From contig JAAYTP010000008.1 in the NCBI GenBank assembly GCA_012518025.1, positions 9,303-73,302 on the forward strand: a stretch of DNA of 64,000 nt. Direction: 5' to 3'. Source of the DNA: Clostridiaceae bacterium. Its GTDB lineage: Bacteria > Bacillota > Clostridia > DSM-8532. Of the stretch, positions 62,636 to 64,000 are shown one piece after another (within the stretch, counting starts at the first letter, position 1; every line of letters starts with the position of its first letter). The notes below the pieces were generated by a model. That model did not search any database. It worked only from the letters and a program-made list of their open reading frames with translations, and was not told the origin of the DNA. Made by a program: the position numbers and the translations under genes.

Positions 62636-64000
62636 TTGGGAAGAATCGAAATTGGCAAACTCAATGAAACATATGCCCAATATGTGAGGGAGGATGTAAT
62701 GGTATGCGGCTGGGTCCGTACCATACGTGATTCCAAGACCTTTGGTTTTATAGAAATCAATGACGGTTCCTGTTTTCGTAATTTGCAGGTTGTCTTTGAC
62801 GATACATTGACCAATTTTAATGAGATTTCAAAGTTGAATGCAGGAAGCGCCATCCGGGTGATAGGGAGTGTGGTGGAGACTCCCCAGGCCAAACAGCCCT
62901 ATGAAATAAAGGCTGTTCAAATCGATGTAGAGGGTGCGTCTGTGCCGGAGTATCCGCTACAAAAGAAAAGACATACCTTTGAATATCTGAGAACCATCGC
63001 CCATCTGAGGCCCAGAACTAACACCTTCTCAGCGGTCTTCCGCATCCGTTCGCTGCTGTCCCATGCCATTCACAAGTTTTTCCAGGACAGGGGCTTTGTT
63101 TATGTTCACACCCCAATCATAACCTCCAGTGACTGTGAGGGGGCTGGCGAAATGTTCCAGGTAACCACAATTGATCTGGAGAATCCGCCCCGAACCCCTT
63201 CCGGAGAGATAGATTATAGCGAGGACTTTTTCGGGAAGCGCACCGGTTTGACCGTAAGCGGTCAGTTGGCTGTTGAGCCCTACAGTCTGGCATTTGGCAA
63301 GGTCTACACCTTTGGCCCCACATTCCGGGCTGAAAACAGCAATACAACACGCCATGCGTCAGAATTCTGGATGGTAGAGCCCGAGATTGCGTTTGCTGAC
63401 CTGAATGATGACATGAAACTGGCCGAGGATATGATCCGTTATATTATCAGGGATGTAATGGAAAAGGCAAAGTCAGAGATGGACTTTTTGAACAGTTTTG
63501 TAGATAAGGGGCTTTATGACCGACTCAACAAGGTGCTGGATTCTGAATTTGGTTGCATCACCTACACAGAAGCCATTGAGCTGTTGGAGAAGAGCGGCCG
63601 GAGCTTCCAATACCCTGTTAGTTGGGGCTGTGACCTCCAGACCGAGCATGAGCGCTATCTCACGGAGGAGATCATGAAGAAGCCTGTATTTGTAATAAAC
63701 TACCCGAAAGAGATCAAGGCGTTCTATATGCGTGTGAACGATGATAACAAAACCGTGGCGGCCATGGATCTTCTGGTGCCGGGAATCGGAGAGATCATTG
63801 GAGGCAGTCAGAGAGAGGAACGCTATGATGTTCTGGAGAACAGGATGAAGGAGATGGGTCTTGAAAGGGAGGACTACCTTTGGTATCTGGATACAAGGCG
63901 TTTTGGAGGCGCCCGTCATGCAGGATTCGGACTTGGCTTTGAGCGCATGATGATGTACATCACAGGTATGCAGAACATCCGGGATGTCATCCCCTATCCC
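62636..64000 (+). CDS. asnS: asparagine--tRNA ligase, 5' portion (runs off the window end, about 8 codons missing)
   Basis: Absent from the ORF track because there is no stop in the window. My translation from TTG 62636 behind GGAG gives ...[23 protein letters not shown]..., class II motif 2 [21 protein letters not shown] and motif 3 [12 protein letters not shown]. An in-frame TGA lies at 62618. Confidence 0.88.
   Translation, partial: MGRIEIGKLNETYAQYVREDVMVCGWVRTIRDSKTFGFIEINDGSCFRNLQVVFDDTLTNFNEISKLNAGSAIRVIGSVVETPQAKQPYEIKAVQIDVEGASVPEYPLQKKRHTFEYLRTIAHLRPRTNTFSAVFRIRSLLSHAIHKFFQDRGFVYVHTPIITSSDCEGAGEMFQVTTIDLENPPRTPSGEIDYSEDFFGKRTGLTVSGQLAVEPYSLAFGKVYTFGPTFRAENSNTTRHASEFWMVEPEIAFADLNDDMKLAEDMIRYIIRDVMEKAKSEMDFLNSFVDKGLYDRLNKVLDSEFGCITYTEAIELLEKSGRSFQYPVSWGCDLQTEHERYLTEEIMKKPVFVINYPKEIKAFYMRVNDDNKTVAAMDLLVPGIGEIIGGSQREERYDVLENRMKEMGLEREDYLWYLDTRRFGGARHAGFGLGFERMMMYITGMQNIRDVIPYP

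Noticed and set aside
1-64000. CRISPR arrays, tRNA or rRNA genes, and transposase, integrase or prophage genes
   Set aside because: I scanned the intergenic regions. There are no regularly spaced direct repeats, no gap large or structured enough for an rRNA, no cloverleaf-like tRNA candidate, and no ORF with recombinase or transposase motifs. The TIR gene therefore does not sit in an obvious mobile or defence island within this window.

Overview
This 64 kb window looks like an ordinary chromosomal segment from a spore-forming, anaerobic Firmicute of the Clostridia type. Supporting markers are Spo0E-like, YtaF-like and YjcZ-like genes and a bifurcating-type [FeFe] hydrogenase operon. Coding density is high and most genes are housekeeping or central metabolism. 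In order, they are: iorAB with a dedicated ECF transporter, a nucleobase permease, a MutS-family ATPase, exonuclease III, a P-type cation ATPase, two ABC systems, gnd, galM, prs, a GH43 xylosidase, a radical SAM protein, xpaC/telA, T-box-controlled ileS, three tandem M42 peptidases, glgA and glgP, a ThrE-like pair, prfB with its programmed +1 frameshift, an S11 carboxypeptidase homologue, a DivIVA-domain gene, an Lrp-type regulator with an aminotransferase, fabI, the hyd operon, tspO, an AEC permease, metF, aroK and the 5' part of asnS. I found no rRNA, tRNA, CRISPR array, transposase, integrase or phage genes. The best candidate for something undescribed is a monocistronic gene of about 1000 aa at 16621..19617. 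It encodes an N-terminal TIR domain with its putative catalytic Glu intact, one transmembrane helix, and about 775 aa of WD40-like beta-propeller predicted to face outward, with no known TIR-system partner nearby. The second notable signal is a leader RNA upstream of a TrpP-like ECF S-component. It carries ten 5-nt-spaced (G/U)AG-type triplets, a TRAP-type binding array, followed by an intrinsic terminator, and may control trpP-ecfA1A2T and possibly iorAB. Other points are a ~93-nt dispersed repeat at two convergent gene junctions, a PBP5/S11 homologue with all three catalytic motifs lost, a cytoplasmic CBM25/53-like protein beside glgA, a Rex-like operator in front of the hydrogenase operon, and a few small unannotated ORFs. 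All functional calls rest on my reading of the translations and on motifs recalled from memory. No database search was run.
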